Below, in pieces: positions 40,301 to 49,993 of a stretch of DNA of 58,154 nucleotides. The stretch is from Fibrobacteria bacterium. GTDB taxonomy: Bacteria > Fibrobacterota > Chitinivibrionia > Chitinivibrionales > FEN-1185. The position numbers and the translations under genes are program-made. The stretch lies in the NCBI GenBank assembly GCA_037447435.1, contig JBBIGR010000033.1, positions 1 to 58,154 of the forward strand. The letters run 5' to 3'. Positions within the stretch are counted from its first letter, which is position 1. Every line of letters starts with the position of its first letter. Under the pieces are notes generated by a model. It was not told the DNA's origin. It was given only the letters and a program-made list of their open reading frames with translations, and did no database searches.

Positions 40301-43300
40301 CAATGACTTATGGGAAAAATCGATCATGAAATTCCAGGTCCTGCGCATCCCGGCGTTGGCGGTCCAGGCGTTCGCGTCGATACCCGCGTATTTCGAGGTT
40401 GCCGTGACCGTGGTGGCCTGCGGCCACAGGTCGAACGGTACCATAAGTAAATCATATTTTCTGGAACCGGAATCAACATGCATCACGGCCTGGCAGGCAG
40501 CGGCAGTGGGACCGTATTGGATATTGTCGTAATTGGCCGTGGCATTGTTTGCAATACGGAATTCCAAACCGCCGCTCACTGCGGCCGCGGCATAGGTGGT
40601 CACGCGGGCGAACAATTTCCCCGAGCCAAGGACGGTATAATCTATTGTCCAGGGTTGGCCCGCCATCGTTTTGGACTGACGGACCCGCGCAAAAACGATG
40701 CTGCTGTCGAGCATGGTAATCGTGCCGGTCCCGGTGTCGCTTTCGCTGCCGTTGTTCAAAAGGTAAAACATGTTTTTGTCAAGTTGATTCGCGGAGGCCG
40801 AATCCTGCGCGAGGAATTTGATGCCGCCTCCTGCGTTCTTGGCAAATTTTATTGCCCAGCGCGTTGTACCGATGTAAATGGAATCCGCTCCGCCATTGTA
40901 CCGTTTTATTGACAAAGGCCGATAGGCGTCGCTGCTGTCGAGCGTGGTTATGGTCGACCCCGTAACCTGATTGCCGTAACACAACTTTATCCAGTCTGCG
41001 GAACGGACCGTGTCTTCCACACGAAGTTCGTTTACCGTGCCGTTGAAATAGCCGTTTGCGTTGGGCAAATACCTGGCGATGTCGAACTCTCCTGATCCTG
41101 CAAAACTTGCCGTTGCGTTCCGCGTGATATTCTGGGCGCCGTTGAGATACAGGATTTGGGCCTTTGTCGACGCATTATACGTCGCGACCCAGTTATACCA
41201 TGTCGCAGTCGACGTGTAGGTCCCTGCGGTCGGCAGATCGTCGTTCCAGAATCCGAAGGAAAACGTATTACCGCTTGTATAGTTGAACTGAAGGCAGTTA
41301 TCGTTTGCCGCGGTTCCTTGAGATGCGATCCATTGATTAAGGCCCGATGCGCCCAGCTTTGCCCAAGCAGAAACCGTTATATTCTTGCCCGAAAGATTGA
41401 TTCCCGACGCAATGCTGAGATATTTGCTCGATCCGTTGAACACTTGTCCTTTTGCGATTACCGACGTGACCGTGTCCGTGACCGCCATGCTGTGCCCCGT
41501 GGCGTTAAAACCGTTGGCCGTAGCATCCTTATAGCCGGTAGTGACGTTGACATCATTTAAATGATACACTGACACAAACCCGTTTGCCGTATCGAAAACC
41601 GAAGCGCCGTTGGAAGTATTGGATGCCGCGGTATTGCCCCAATACATCTTGATATATTGCTGGGCACTGTCCTTGAATATCGTATCGACCTTTACCCACA
41701 TTTCGGCAAGCTGATTGGCCCGGTCCCAGCGCTCGATCTCGTACTGCAAATGCGTACCGTTTGCTTTTGAGAATCTGATGTCCTGGCCGTTTCCCAATGC
41801 CTGACTGAAATTGAAATTAGACGAAGTCAGACGAACCAAATACGGAAACTTGAGAACGGGACCGGACAGCGACAGTCCGTTGGTATTGATAACGATGTTT
41901 TTGGAACATATCCACTTTGAATAATCGTCCGCATCGACAAGCACCTGGTTCGGCTTCTGGTTCTGATAGCAAAGCTTTATCCAGTCGGCCGAACGGGCGA
42001 CCTTTTCCAGCCGGATCTCGTCGAGAAGCCCGTTGATTCGCTCGGCCGGCGTGGAATCGTTTGCCCCGATGGTCGTGAGCGTGGATTTTGAATCGATAGC
42101 ACCGGTTGCGGCAGACGTCGCTTCGGAAAGGCCGTTAAAATAAACATTGAGGGCCGACCCATTATAGGTGCCGGTCAGATACGTCCATTGATTTAATGGA
42201 ATAGTAGAAAGTGATTGGACGCCTTTTATCGCCCCGCCTACGGATATTTTCATGTATGCGTTCGGCGGATTGGTCGCGGTAAAATGCAGCGAGTATACCT
42301 GATAGGGCGAGACATTGGTGGACCATTGCTTTCCGATTATCCTGCCGTAATTCGCGTACGCGACCGGGTTTACCCATCCGCTGAGCGTGAGATTTCCCGT
42401 AATGGAAATATTCGAGCAATCGAGGTATTTTGTGCCGGTAATACTGTCGGCATTACCGATCACGCCCGCGGTACTTTCGTTACCGGTATAATTGTGCGTA
42501 TTGCCGCTATACCCGAGCGGCGCATAATTAAACCTTGACCCGGCGCCGGATTCTCCCAAATGCCAGACGCCGACAAACCCGTTGGCAGTATCGAACACCA
42601 CGTCGCTGTTGTCCATTGCCGTTGCACCGCTGTTTCCCCAGAACATGGAAACGTATTGGGTACCGTTGTTTCCGTACACCGTGTCGATTTTCACCCATAC
42701 GGATGCGTTTTGGTTCACCCTATCCCATTCGTCAATTACATAGGCGCAATGATCGCCGTTTGGCTTCGCAAACCGGATATCGCTGCCGTCGTCTTTTGCC
42801 TGGGAAAAATTGAAATTGCTGCCCGTCAACTTTACCAACAAAGGAAACGCAACGACGTTATTTGGAACATCGGCCCCGTTTACGGTCGTATTAATGTTCA
42901 AATTCTTCGAATAATTCCATCGTGAATAATCTTCCAAATCGACGAACGTCTGATTCGCTTTCTGGTTTTGATAGCAGAGCTTTATCCAATCCGCGGAGCG
43001 CACGACATTGGAAACGACGATTTCGTCCATGTCACCGTCGAACCGATCGCCGGTCGCCGGAGAATGGCCGATGAAAAACGGACCGGTTCCGACATAATTT
43101 CCCGTCGCAGTTCTCGAATTATCCAGAGCGCCGTCCGCAAAAAGACTTTGCAGCTTGGTTGACGTGCTAAACGTGCCGGCAAAATAATGCCAGCCCGTGC
43201 CGCCATTGTACGCGCTTGCCTGGTCTAAATCGTCGCTATAGAATGCGAACGTATATTTCCCGCTTGTTTGCCTAAATCCGAAGTGTAAACCGTTATCGGC

Positions 43301-45844
43301 CGTACCGGTCCCCTGACCGATGATATATCGGCTGTAGCTGGGAACCGCTTCCACGAATTTTGACCAGGCCGAAATGGTAAAGCTCTGGTTTGCAAGGTTC
43401 ACCCCGCTCGGAACACTGTCGTATTGGTTAATACCTGCGTTTACCGAATCGTATCCGCAAATGATTCCGATCGGATTGTAGGTCGCACCGACGCATGAGG
43501 CGCTGTCGTTATTTGCCGTTGCATCGGCACGTTTCTGGGTTCCCGTACCGTTTAAATGCCACACCCCGACAAATCCGTTCGACGTATCGAATACCGCCGC
43601 GCCATTGCTTTTACTTGCGACCGTACTGTTTCCCCAGTACATGTTTATATATTGCGTACTGTTATTTCCCAGAACCGTGTCGACGCGCACCCAAATTGCC
43701 GCAGTCTTATTTGCCTTGTCCCAGGTGTCGACTTGATATACAAGATGCGAACCGTCGGCCTTGGAAAACCGTATGTCCTGGCCGCTGTCTTGGGCTTGGC
43801 TGAAATCGAACGACGTATTTGACAAGCGTATGAGCACCGGAAACGATTGTTGGGGGGTGGCAACATCGGCGCCCGTCGAATAGGTGTTCAGTTTAATTTT
43901 CCTGGTATAATTCCATTGGGAATAGTCGTCCATATCAACCAACGTTTGATTCGCCTGTTGGTTCTGAAAACATAATTTCATCCAATCCGCAGACCTGACG
44001 ACATTTGAAACCACGACTTCGTCTATATTTCCGTCGAAAACGGCTCCTTGTGGGTTTCTTCCTATCAAAAATGCCCCTGTTCCGGAGTAATTTGCAGTCG
44101 CAGTCCTTGAATTATCTAATAATCCATCGACATACAGAGATTGCACCTTGCCTGTTGTGTTGTATGTTGCCGAAAGGAAATGCCATATTGTACCGCCGGA
44201 ATATGTATTGGTCTGATTGAGCCCATCTGTATAAAAATCTATAGACAGTTTTGATGCTGATTGCCGGTATTCCATATGCAATCCATTATCGGCACTGGCA
44301 ATTCCCTGGCCGATTACCGGACGATCGGACCCCGGAGCTGCAACCGCAAGCTTGAACCATACCGAAACAGAAAAGCTGCCGCCGGCAAGACTAACCCCGC
44401 TGGCGACACTGTCGTATTGGTTGTTTGCGGCGATAAAGGTATCGCATCCGGCAATCAAGCCTCCTGCGGTATACGATGCTCCGCCTTTTACTTTTGCGCT
44501 ATCGTTATTTGCCGTGGCGTCCGGGCGCTTTCCCGTACCCGAAGTGTTCAAATGCCATACGCCGACAAACCCGTTGGCCGTATCGAACACCTTGCCGCCG
44601 TTGGAACTGTCGGCCGCAGCGATGTTTCCCCAGTACATTTTAAACGACTGGCTCTTGTCGTTTCCCTTTACCGTGGGAATGAGGACCCATATTTCGGCAG
44701 TATCGTTGTTTCCCGCATTATTTACCCAGCGTTCTATTTGATAGGGCAAATGCGTTCCATCGGTCTTTGAAAACCGTATGTCGCCGCCCCCCGTATTCGT
44801 ATTTGCAAACCCGTTGAAATTTCCCGGATTCAGGCGTAACAGCACGGGAAAATTGGAGACATCGTTCGATACGCCGGCCCCGCTTACCGTGGTCCGCAGG
44901 GTTATGTTTTTAGAAAATGTCCAATTGGCATAATTATCCGTTGCAGCGCTGGCCTGTGTTGTAAAGCTCCATATCGACGAGTAACCGCTGGTACCGGCGC
45001 TGTTTGTCGCGTTTACCCGCCAATAGTATACGGTTGAACCGAGAAGCGCCGGAGTTACCAATTGTGAAGTAGCGACGACACCGCTTACATCGTACGTCGG
45101 CGACGAGCAATCCGAATGCGTGGAAACCTGAACCCGATACGATGTCGCGCCCGTTGCCAAATTCCATTGCATCGTAGGTGTCAACGATTGCCCGGCGCTG
45201 CTGTTTGCAGGAAACGATAATGTCGGCGCCGAAGGCGCCTCGGTCCAGGTGCATTTGTCGTAACGGGTCCAACTATTTCCCTGGTTTGCCGCCAAGCCGA
45301 CCTGGCCGGATGAATGGGACGCATTTGTGACCGAGCCGACGTTTGACCCATTGATATAAAAGGTAAATGTCGTGCCCGCTATATTTATAAGCAATGTTAC
45401 GTTTCGCGTTGCAATTGTCAGGCCGTTGGCAACCACCGTGCCTCCGGACGAACCCAGGTTATCGACATAGAAATTCACCGATCCCGATCCGGCACCGGGA
45501 ACAATCGAAACGAAATAATATGATGAAGTGTTGGAATAGCGAAAAACCACGCCGCCGTTTAGCGGATTGAAACTGGGGGAATTTCCCACACTGTCGAATA
45601 TGACCGTATATTGGCCGTCGCTAGTCAACGTATTGTTATTAATCAGGTATCCGGCGCCGTTCCAACCCGTGGACTGATAGCAATAAGCCCCATTTGAGGT
45701 GTATGCAACAGCGGCACCCGACTGCGTCCAACCGCTCGGCGGTGTTCCGCCGCCGGTAAAATCGTCGCTGAAACTAGTGGAAAAAGCTTCCGCAAAGAGG
45801 ATAAAAACAAGTAAAAAAGCAATATTTAATTGGCGAAAATGCAT
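37343..45844 (-). CDS. Giant secreted protein: ConA-like + FN3 + 4x(DUF2341-LamG) + LamG + FlgD/T9SS-like CTD
   Basis: Four repeats of FP.L.RL...DIRF...W...YWGN...VWHL...RSADW.KLC.; C-terminal NYPNPF...WDAKD...ASGPY. Confidence 0.9.
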   Translation of the reverse strand: MHFRQLNIAFLLVFILFAEAFSTSFSDDFTGGGTPPSGWTQSGAAVAYTSNGAYCYQSTGWNGAGYLINNNTLTSDGQYTVIFDSVGNSPSFNPLNGGVVFRYSNTSSYYFVSIVPGAGSGSVNFYVDNLGSSGGTVVANGLTIATRNVTLLINIAGTTFTFYINGSNVGSVTNASHSSGQVGLAANQGNSWTRYDKCTWTEAPSAPTLSFPANSSAGQSLTPTMQWNLATGATSYRVQVSTHSDCSSPTYDVSGVVATSQLVTPALLGSTVYYWRVNATNSAGTSGYSSIWSFTTQASAATDNYANWTFSKNITLRTTVSGAGVSNDVSNFPVLLRLNPGNFNGFANTNTGGGDIRFSKTDGTHLPYQIERWVNNAGNNDTAEIWVLIPTVKGNDKSQSFKMYWGNIAAADSSNGGKVFDTANGFVGVWHLNTSGTGKRPDATANNDSAKVKGGASYTAGGLIAGCDTFIAANNQYDSVASGVSLAGGSFSVSVWFKLAVAAPGSDRPVIGQGIASADNGLHMEYRQSASKLSIDFYTDGLNQTNTYSGGTIWHFLSATYNTTGKVQSLYVDGLLDNSRTATANYSGTGAFLIGRNPQGAVFDGNIDEVVVSNVVRSADWMKLCFQNQQANQTLVDMDDYSQWNYTRKIKLNTYSTGADVATPQQSFPVLIRLSNTSFDFSQAQDSGQDIRFSKADGSHLVYQVDTWDKANKTAAIWVRVDTVLGNNSTQYINMYWGNSTVASKSNGAAVFDTSNGFVGVWHLNGTGTQKRADATANNDSASCVGATYNPIGIICGYDSVNAGINQYDSVPSGVNLANQSFTISAWSKFVEAVPSYSRYIIGQGTGTADNGLHFGFRQTSGKYTFAFYSDDLDQASAYNGGTGWHYFAGTFSTSTKLQSLFADGALDNSRTATGNYVGTGPFFIGHSPATGDRFDGDMDEIVVSNVVRSADWIKLCYQNQKANQTFVDLEDYSRWNYSKNLNINTTVNGADVPNNVVAFPLLVKLTGSNFNFSQAKDDGSDIRFAKPNGDHCAYVIDEWDRVNQNASVWVKIDTVYGNNGTQYVSMFWGNSGATAMDNSDVVFDTANGFVGVWHLGESGAGSRFNYAPLGYSGNTHNYTGNESTAGVIGNADSITGTKYLDCSNISITGNLTLSGWVNPVAYANYGRIIGKQWSTNVSPYQVYSLHFTATNPPNAYMKISVGGAIKGVQSLSTIPLNQWTYLTGTYNGSALNVYFNGLSEATSAATGAIDSKSTLTTIGANDSTPAERINGLLDEIRLEKVARSADWIKLCYQNQKPNQVLVDADDYSKWICSKNIVINTNGLSLSGPVLKFPYLVRLTSSNFNFSQALGNGQDIRFSKANGTHLQYEIERWDRANQLAEMWVKVDTIFKDSAQQYIKMYWGNTAASNTSNGASVFDTANGFVSVYHLNDVNVTTGYKDATANGFNATGHSMAVTDTVTSVIAKGQVFNGSSKYLSIASGINLSGKNITVSAWAKLGASGLNQWIASQGTAANDNCLQFNYTSGNTFSFGFWNDDLPTAGTYTSTATWYNWVATYNASTKAQILYLNGAQNITRNATASFAGSGEFDIARYLPNANGYFNGTVNELRVEDTVRSADWIKLCYGNQVTGSTITTLDSSDAYRPLSIKRYNGGADSIYIGTTRWAIKFAKNAGGGIKFLAQDSASANQLDKNMFYLLNNGSESDTGTGTITMLDSSIVFARVRQSKTMAGQPWTIDYTVLGSGKLFARVTTYAAAAVSGGLEFRIANNATANYDNIQYGPTAAACQAVMHVDSGSRKYDLLMVPFDLWPQATTVTATSKYAGIDANAWTANAGMRRTWNFMIDFSHKSLHDSAAAWKYINDYRNSDTLGWFAGTALCEKAWEKYLVGHWKMDEKSGDTAFDASASISGNGYAGTIRGGGKWTSGMWGNGDSLDGTDSIRVWPGASANFNNASRGFTIMGWVKPAVPMTAATMLFRQRNSTTGYNLSGYAGGAAAFAVGNGSSTRTLPGVTVLDPGQWYHVAAEETWQQDTMKLFINGNLDTMKTLGSGYPAGSTDSVTMGASFNGVLDDMRFYQYNLTDQEIKAIYLKGYSPDLGMYSVRADNNGQMQCLMHGVNSNRILPVFQIANYWSSNNPPTNVYVDSQLLSNGTDYFTALDQSVRTLTVGFNRTINANSTIFVGNSAIGQSAMTTMPQMLWGQATVGTANHVWVKNFSGNYFGTSATNNFFFDWKMTYGNATNTKNGEMWYYSSSVTNPSALLDTNANINCVPGYNAGYSGSFGQIGIRLANSNTPTSNKDVDSAFTYSIAESSSVRVLLDLYTRKVKNSTDSFHIDTRWAIYPTGQIWRWDSISYLSGAVKSVWTGFYEDSLNLPTITLPTPHSKLRGGFHSTTMPDFVSAKTGFRNSRGIWAQPWVADTLRSIANNGRLGVEFYDATTNPDTMWGNVPVQFALYADLQQTNVTSGRIDSIGCSVQHFQNPALTILNGNGVLQKHTWGDLDTNGFSEGEGAYIISATNNTVQFTVLASAADTSCRYNPAFRITNYTSATEPQYVLVGPSGSEKLLAKNYGYNVYLNKTRQEVIVQLNQTFCTNTNVYISYDKTLAVTMDRFIAFPGDRNDTLRWRTESELQNLGFNLYRRIKPAFLDSAIASNASSKADTSDPVISYLRKGFVKQEDTGWVAVNSGGIIRGAAQGKSVGPRNYSFVDYRVLNDIRYEYKIEAIDYTQNTSLYKDYAEALPRRAVPLVFELSGNYPNPFRLATMIRYALPVKTKVDLYVYTLQGRLIRKLVNAQKQDVGFYRIGWDAKDARNQSVASGPYIYRIGTPQFSKSKIMILAR

Positions 45845-46094
45845 ACTATTACGGCTATTTGGAAACTAAAATCACCATCCAAATAAAGTGGCTTACTATG
45901 TATTCACATTGCTACCCCGTAACCCGATTCCTTGCACCCGCTAATTCATAGGAGCAAAAGAACTCTTTAGCAGTATACACCTAAAAGATCCAAGTTTCAA
46001 TACTTTTTAATACATAGTTATTACACCTTTTATACATATTTTTCCAATTTGAACGCATAAATACAATTCTATTTTGCATATTTTCAAAATAGAC

Positions 46095-46135
46095 AATAAA
46101 AAAGCCCCAGCATCCTCTCCTTGACTGCTGAGGCC
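46095..46135 (-). terminator. Intrinsic terminator with a purine/GGA-rich loop
   Basis: Minus strand GCCTCAGCA-gtcaaggagagga-TGCTGGGGC-TTTTTTATT. Confidence 0.65.
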
Positions 46136-46206
46136 AAACAGCCTTGACAATGTTACTTATCGCAGCGTTTTTTATGTATTCGATCGAAACATACGGCTAC
46201 CAGAAT

Positions 46207-46470
46207 CTAATTTCCGTTTGAGCGTTCATGTTTTACATATGAGTGTTCCCGCCCGCTGCGGTCGCCTGCTTGCATGGCAGGAAACACATCCCCGATAACC
46301 AATTCGCATCTCAAACACTTTTTTAAAACTATAAAAGCGGGATTTTGTCCTCCCGCGACAAGAAAAAAAGCACCGCCATTTTCGCAAATCCACTTGCCTT
46401 TTTCGTTCTTTATCAGACCATGGGTATGCGAACAATTTTGGGGACAACAATAAACCGCAGCATCAATCAT
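46207..46470 (-). CDS. Possible small Cys-rich protein
   Basis: CCPQNC.H...C...CLRC; lies upstream of a same-strand terminator. Confidence 0.35.
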   Translation of the reverse strand: MIDAAVYCCPQNCSHTHGLIKNEKGKWICENGGAFFLVAGGQNPAFIVLKKCLRCELVIGDVFPAMQAGDRSGREHSYVKHERSNGN

Positions 46471-46782
46471 ATCGACCATCCTAGCCCGACGCAAATAAAA
46501 TTCCATTTCCTTGTATTGCGCATCGCAATATGTTGCCCAATTAATCTAAACTATCGAACAATAAATTAATATTATTTTTTTAAATATCATAATTATATAT
46601 TTGTTTTTAATTCATTTTATTTTTTAATGTTGCCAGCTTTTATAGTATTTATTACATTATTAAATTTTCGGAAGGTAACGATCGATGCGAGGGTGCGGTT
46701 ACGGAATATTTACTCACAAGCAAGATTGGCCATTGCAATACGGTTGGAGTTTTGCGGAAAAACGGGATGGTCGACTATCGAT

Positions 46783-48522
46783 TTACCGTGCGGTTTCCAG
46801 GATCGGCAGATATACCGAGAAAGCAGTACCCTGTCCGGGTTTGCTATTGACAGACACGCTTCCTTTGTGGCTTTTTACTATACCGTAAACCGCAGATAAA
46901 CCGAGGCCGGTCCCTTTGCCTTTTTCCTTAGTCGTAAAAAACGGTTCGAATATCCGTTTTTGTACCTGCGGAGTCATTCCTGTTCCTGTGTCAACAACGC
47001 TTAAGGCTATATAATTCCCGGGTACCAAATCGAACGACGAATCGGTGCAGGATTCCTGATCCAGCGTCAGGTTGTCGGTACAAATGGTCAATTTCCCGCC
47101 CCCGGGCATTGCATCACGTGCGTTGAGGCTGAGGTTGATTATGATATTTTGCAGCAATGCCGATTCTCCATGGACGACCGATGAAGAGGCTTTCAGATCG
47201 AGAACGACCTCGATTTGTTTTCCGATGCTGTGATCGAGGATGTTCTTTGCATTGCCGATACATGCGTGCAAGTCAACAGGTTCGGCCTGTATTTTCGTCT
47301 TATGCGCAAACGCCAATAAGTTGCGTACCAATTCGGTTGCGGAATCGGTAATGGTAAGAATTGTTTTCGAGGATTTGGCAATATATGTCAGATCGCCGTT
47401 CATTTTCAGCATCATTTGCGCGTTACCGGCTATCCCGGTCATCATATTATTCAAATCGTGAGCAATACCGCTGGCAAGCTGACCAAGGGACTCCATTTTT
47501 TGCGTTTGCCGAAGTTCCTCTTCCATTTTAAGCTGCTCAGTCACATCCCTGATCACCAGCACGACGCCGATAATCGATGCGTCGAGCTTGCGTATAGGCA
47601 AACCGCTGTAATTCACCTGATGTTCGGACCCATCCTTGTCGATAAAACTGATATGTTTCAATGAATTGCTTGCCTGGCCGTAAAGCAAAATCGTTTTAAA
47701 CGAACTTTCCATTTTCTTAAGTTCGGCGACATTATTAATGCCCAGAACTTTGAACACTGAAACCGAAGCCGCCTCGCGCGCGGTCCACCCCGTCATTTTC
47801 TCGGCTACCGAATTCATTTGCGTGACATGTCCCGCCGTATCGGTGGCAATAACCGCATCGCCGATAGAATTCAGAATGATGCGAATATCCTCATTTTCTG
47901 TTTCCCGCAGTGCAAGATTTTGTTTCAATTCAATATTTTTCAAAACCAATTCTTTTGTGCGTTCCTGCACCATTTTTTCGAGTATCTCATTTTGATATTT
48001 CAAACATTTATTTGACGTTTCTATTGCAGCTTTTGCCTGCTGCAATTCCTCTTCGGTGCGCTTTCGTTCGGTAATGTCGCGATTCATACCGACCAATCCG
48101 ACAATATTCCCTTTGTGGTCTTTTAAGGGGACTTTTGTGGTAGACTTCCATCGTATTTCCCCTAAAGGGTTGATGGAAGTTTCTTCTTTGTTAATCAAGG
48201 GTTTGCCGGATTTGATAATTTCCTGCTCGTCGGCGAAAAAAACGGATGCTATTTCTTTAGGATAAAATTCAAAATCCGTTTTTCCGACAAGTTGATCCGG
48301 GCTTGCCGCTTTCATATAGCGCGCGATCGCATTGTTGCCGAGGATAAAGCGGCTTTTGGTATCTTTGATATAAATATTATCGGGCAAGGTGTCTATGAGG
48401 GTACGCAGAAGATTTTGGTCCAAACCTCGATCGAGGCCTTGCGCAGCCGATTCTTTATTGCCGGTATCTACGGCGGAAAGACCGGCACCCCCTTGTCTGT
48501 TGTTGTTATCCGTGTCATTCAT
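46783..48522 (-). CDS. Cytoplasmic two-PAS histidine kinase (no receiver domain)
   Basis: Two PAS/PAC domains (RDITERK, RDVTE), HDLNN, NARDA, FEPFFTTK, GTGLGL. Confidence 0.92.
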   Translation of the reverse strand: MNDTDNNNRQGGAGLSAVDTGNKESAAQGLDRGLDQNLLRTLIDTLPDNIYIKDTKSRFILGNNAIARYMKAASPDQLVGKTDFEFYPKEIASVFFADEQEIIKSGKPLINKEETSINPLGEIRWKSTTKVPLKDHKGNIVGLVGMNRDITERKRTEEELQQAKAAIETSNKCLKYQNEILEKMVQERTKELVLKNIELKQNLALRETENEDIRIILNSIGDAVIATDTAGHVTQMNSVAEKMTGWTAREAASVSVFKVLGINNVAELKKMESSFKTILLYGQASNSLKHISFIDKDGSEHQVNYSGLPIRKLDASIIGVVLVIRDVTEQLKMEEELRQTQKMESLGQLASGIAHDLNNMMTGIAGNAQMMLKMNGDLTYIAKSSKTILTITDSATELVRNLLAFAHKTKIQAEPVDLHACIGNAKNILDHSIGKQIEVVLDLKASSSVVHGESALLQNIIINLSLNARDAMPGGGKLTICTDNLTLDQESCTDSSFDLVPGNYIALSVVDTGTGMTPQVQKRIFEPFFTTKEKGKGTGLGLSAVYGIVKSHKGSVSVNSKPGQGTAFSVYLPILETAR

Positions 48523-48725
48523 ACCGTACGCTCATGAAACCGATTTTTTTGTCGTGGGAAATTCATTGCATGTAGCGACTATTCAAAAACTGTTGGAAAC
48601 GTCCTCGCAATTCATGCGTAAGCGAAGCAACACTTTATAGTGTACCGTGCTCACCATATTTTGTCAATACCGGAGTCGAGCCAAACGTTTCGATCTGTAA
48701 CAAAATAAATATTGATTAAAATCAT

Positions 48726-48753
48726 TAAACTTTTTTTTACCGAAACCCGATAG
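48726..48753 (+). promoter_or_regulatory. Sigma28 (FliA) promoter
   Basis: TAAA-N16-CCCGATAG upstream of flagellin. Confidence 0.75.
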
Positions 48754-48782
48754 TATACAATGAGGGTAAACGCTACTCTCAA

Positions 48783-48845
48783 TGGCAAGGACGCCAAAGT
48801 CACCGAATGATGCCAACCGCACGGCCATCATTCCAACAAGGAGGT
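48783..48845 (+). promoter_or_regulatory. CsrA-type sites in the flagellin leader
   Basis: Hairpin TGGC-AAGGAC-GCCA, and a second AAGGA overlapping the SD. Confidence 0.65.
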
Positions 48846-48851
48846 TTTCGT

Positions 48852-49724
48852 ATGCGTATTAATCATAACATAGCCGCGATGGTCACACAAACATCTCTTT
48901 ACACAGTTGGAAAAGAGATGTCTAAATCATTGGAAAAATTATCCACAGGTTTGCGCATCAACAGGGCAAGCGACGATGCCGCAGGACTTGGCGTGTCGGA
49001 AAACCTTCGTACTCAGATCAACGGTACCGCGCAGGCAAACAGAAACGCCCAGGACGGAATTGCCGCATTGACAATCGCAGAAGGCGCCGCCAACGAAGTG
49101 TCTTCCATTCTGCAACGTATGCGTGAACTTGCGGTTCAGACTTCCAACGATACGTTTACCTCGGTGGAACGTGCCTATAGCGAATCGGAATTTCAGGCTC
49201 TCAACAGTGAAATAGACCGTATCGCCAATGTGACGAATTACAACAAACAGCAATTATTGTCCACAACGGCAGGCCGTTTTGGCGCGGTGAATGCTGGAGC
49301 TACGCAATCGACATTGTGGATTGACGCGAATTCCCGCAGCGGCATCGACAGTATTACAATCAGCATTTCGACATTAAACGCGCAGAGTCTTGGAATCGGC
49401 GGCGCACCAAATTCCGCAACGCTGCAGCATCTTACCAGCCAAAACGCCTCGGTAACCGCAATAAGCAGCCTTGACGGCGCTATCGACAGCGTCAACAGAA
49501 TGCGGTCGGACATAGGAGCGTATATCAACAGACTCGAACATGCCATCAATAACCTGAACATATCCAATACGAACCAGCAATCGGCGGAATCGCTCATCCG
49601 CGACGTGGACTTTGCCTCGGAAACCGCGAAATTCACCAGGAACCAAATTCTTACGCAATCCGGTACCGCAATGCTTTCCCAGGCAAATTCCGTTCCGCAA
49701 AGCGTTCTCTCTTTGCTTAAGTAA
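48852..49724 (+). CDS. fliC: Flagellin
   Basis: MRINHN, LSTGLRINRASDDAAG, LQRMRELAVQ, NRLEH, IRDVDFA, QANSVPQSVLSLL. Confidence 0.97.
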   Translation: MRINHNIAAMVTQTSLYTVGKEMSKSLEKLSTGLRINRASDDAAGLGVSENLRTQINGTAQANRNAQDGIAALTIAEGAANEVSSILQRMRELAVQTSNDTFTSVERAYSESEFQALNSEIDRIANVTNYNKQQLLSTTAGRFGAVNAGATQSTLWIDANSRSGIDSITISISTLNAQSLGIGGAPNSATLQHLTSQNASVTAISSLDGAIDSVNRMRSDIGAYINRLEHAINNLNISNTNQQSAESLIRDVDFASETAKFTRNQILTQSGTAMLSQANSVPQSVLSLLK

Positions 49725-49749
49725 TAAAAAAAAGACCTGTTATAAAAAA

Positions 49750-49780
49750 CAAAAAAGAGGCCCCAAAGGCCTCTTTTTTG
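49750..49780 (+). terminator. Flagellin terminator
   Basis: CAAAAAAGAGGCC-ccaaa-GGCCTCTTTTTTG. Confidence 0.88.
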
Positions 49781-49951
49781 CGTTTATCCGTTATTCCCCT
49801 TCGATCTTGCCATTTTTGTTTGGAATACCGCTGTAAGCGATGCGGGGCCTTGCGATCGACTCACAACAACAAATGTTTTACCTGCGACACGGTGACGAAA
49901 TTGGCGGAAAAAAGTCCCGTTCCGTACGGTTAATTGCGAAGAGACAAACCG

Positions 49952-49993
49952 TTTGCAATACTAATGGTCGCTTTTGCAATACTTTTGGTCACT
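49952..49993 (+). promoter_or_regulatory. 21-bp tandem direct repeat (putative activator site)
   Basis: TTTGCAATACTAATGGTCGCT / TTTGCAATACTTTTGGTCACT. Confidence 0.55.

Noticed and set aside
40960..44940. DNA repeats in the giant gene as CRISPR or DGR template/variable repeats
   Set aside because: They are in-frame diverged domain duplications of about 1 kb. There are no spacers, cas genes or reverse transcriptase.
48607..48620. Sigma54-like site upstream of the PAS kinase
   Set aside because: It lacks the invariant GG at -24 (reads CG).
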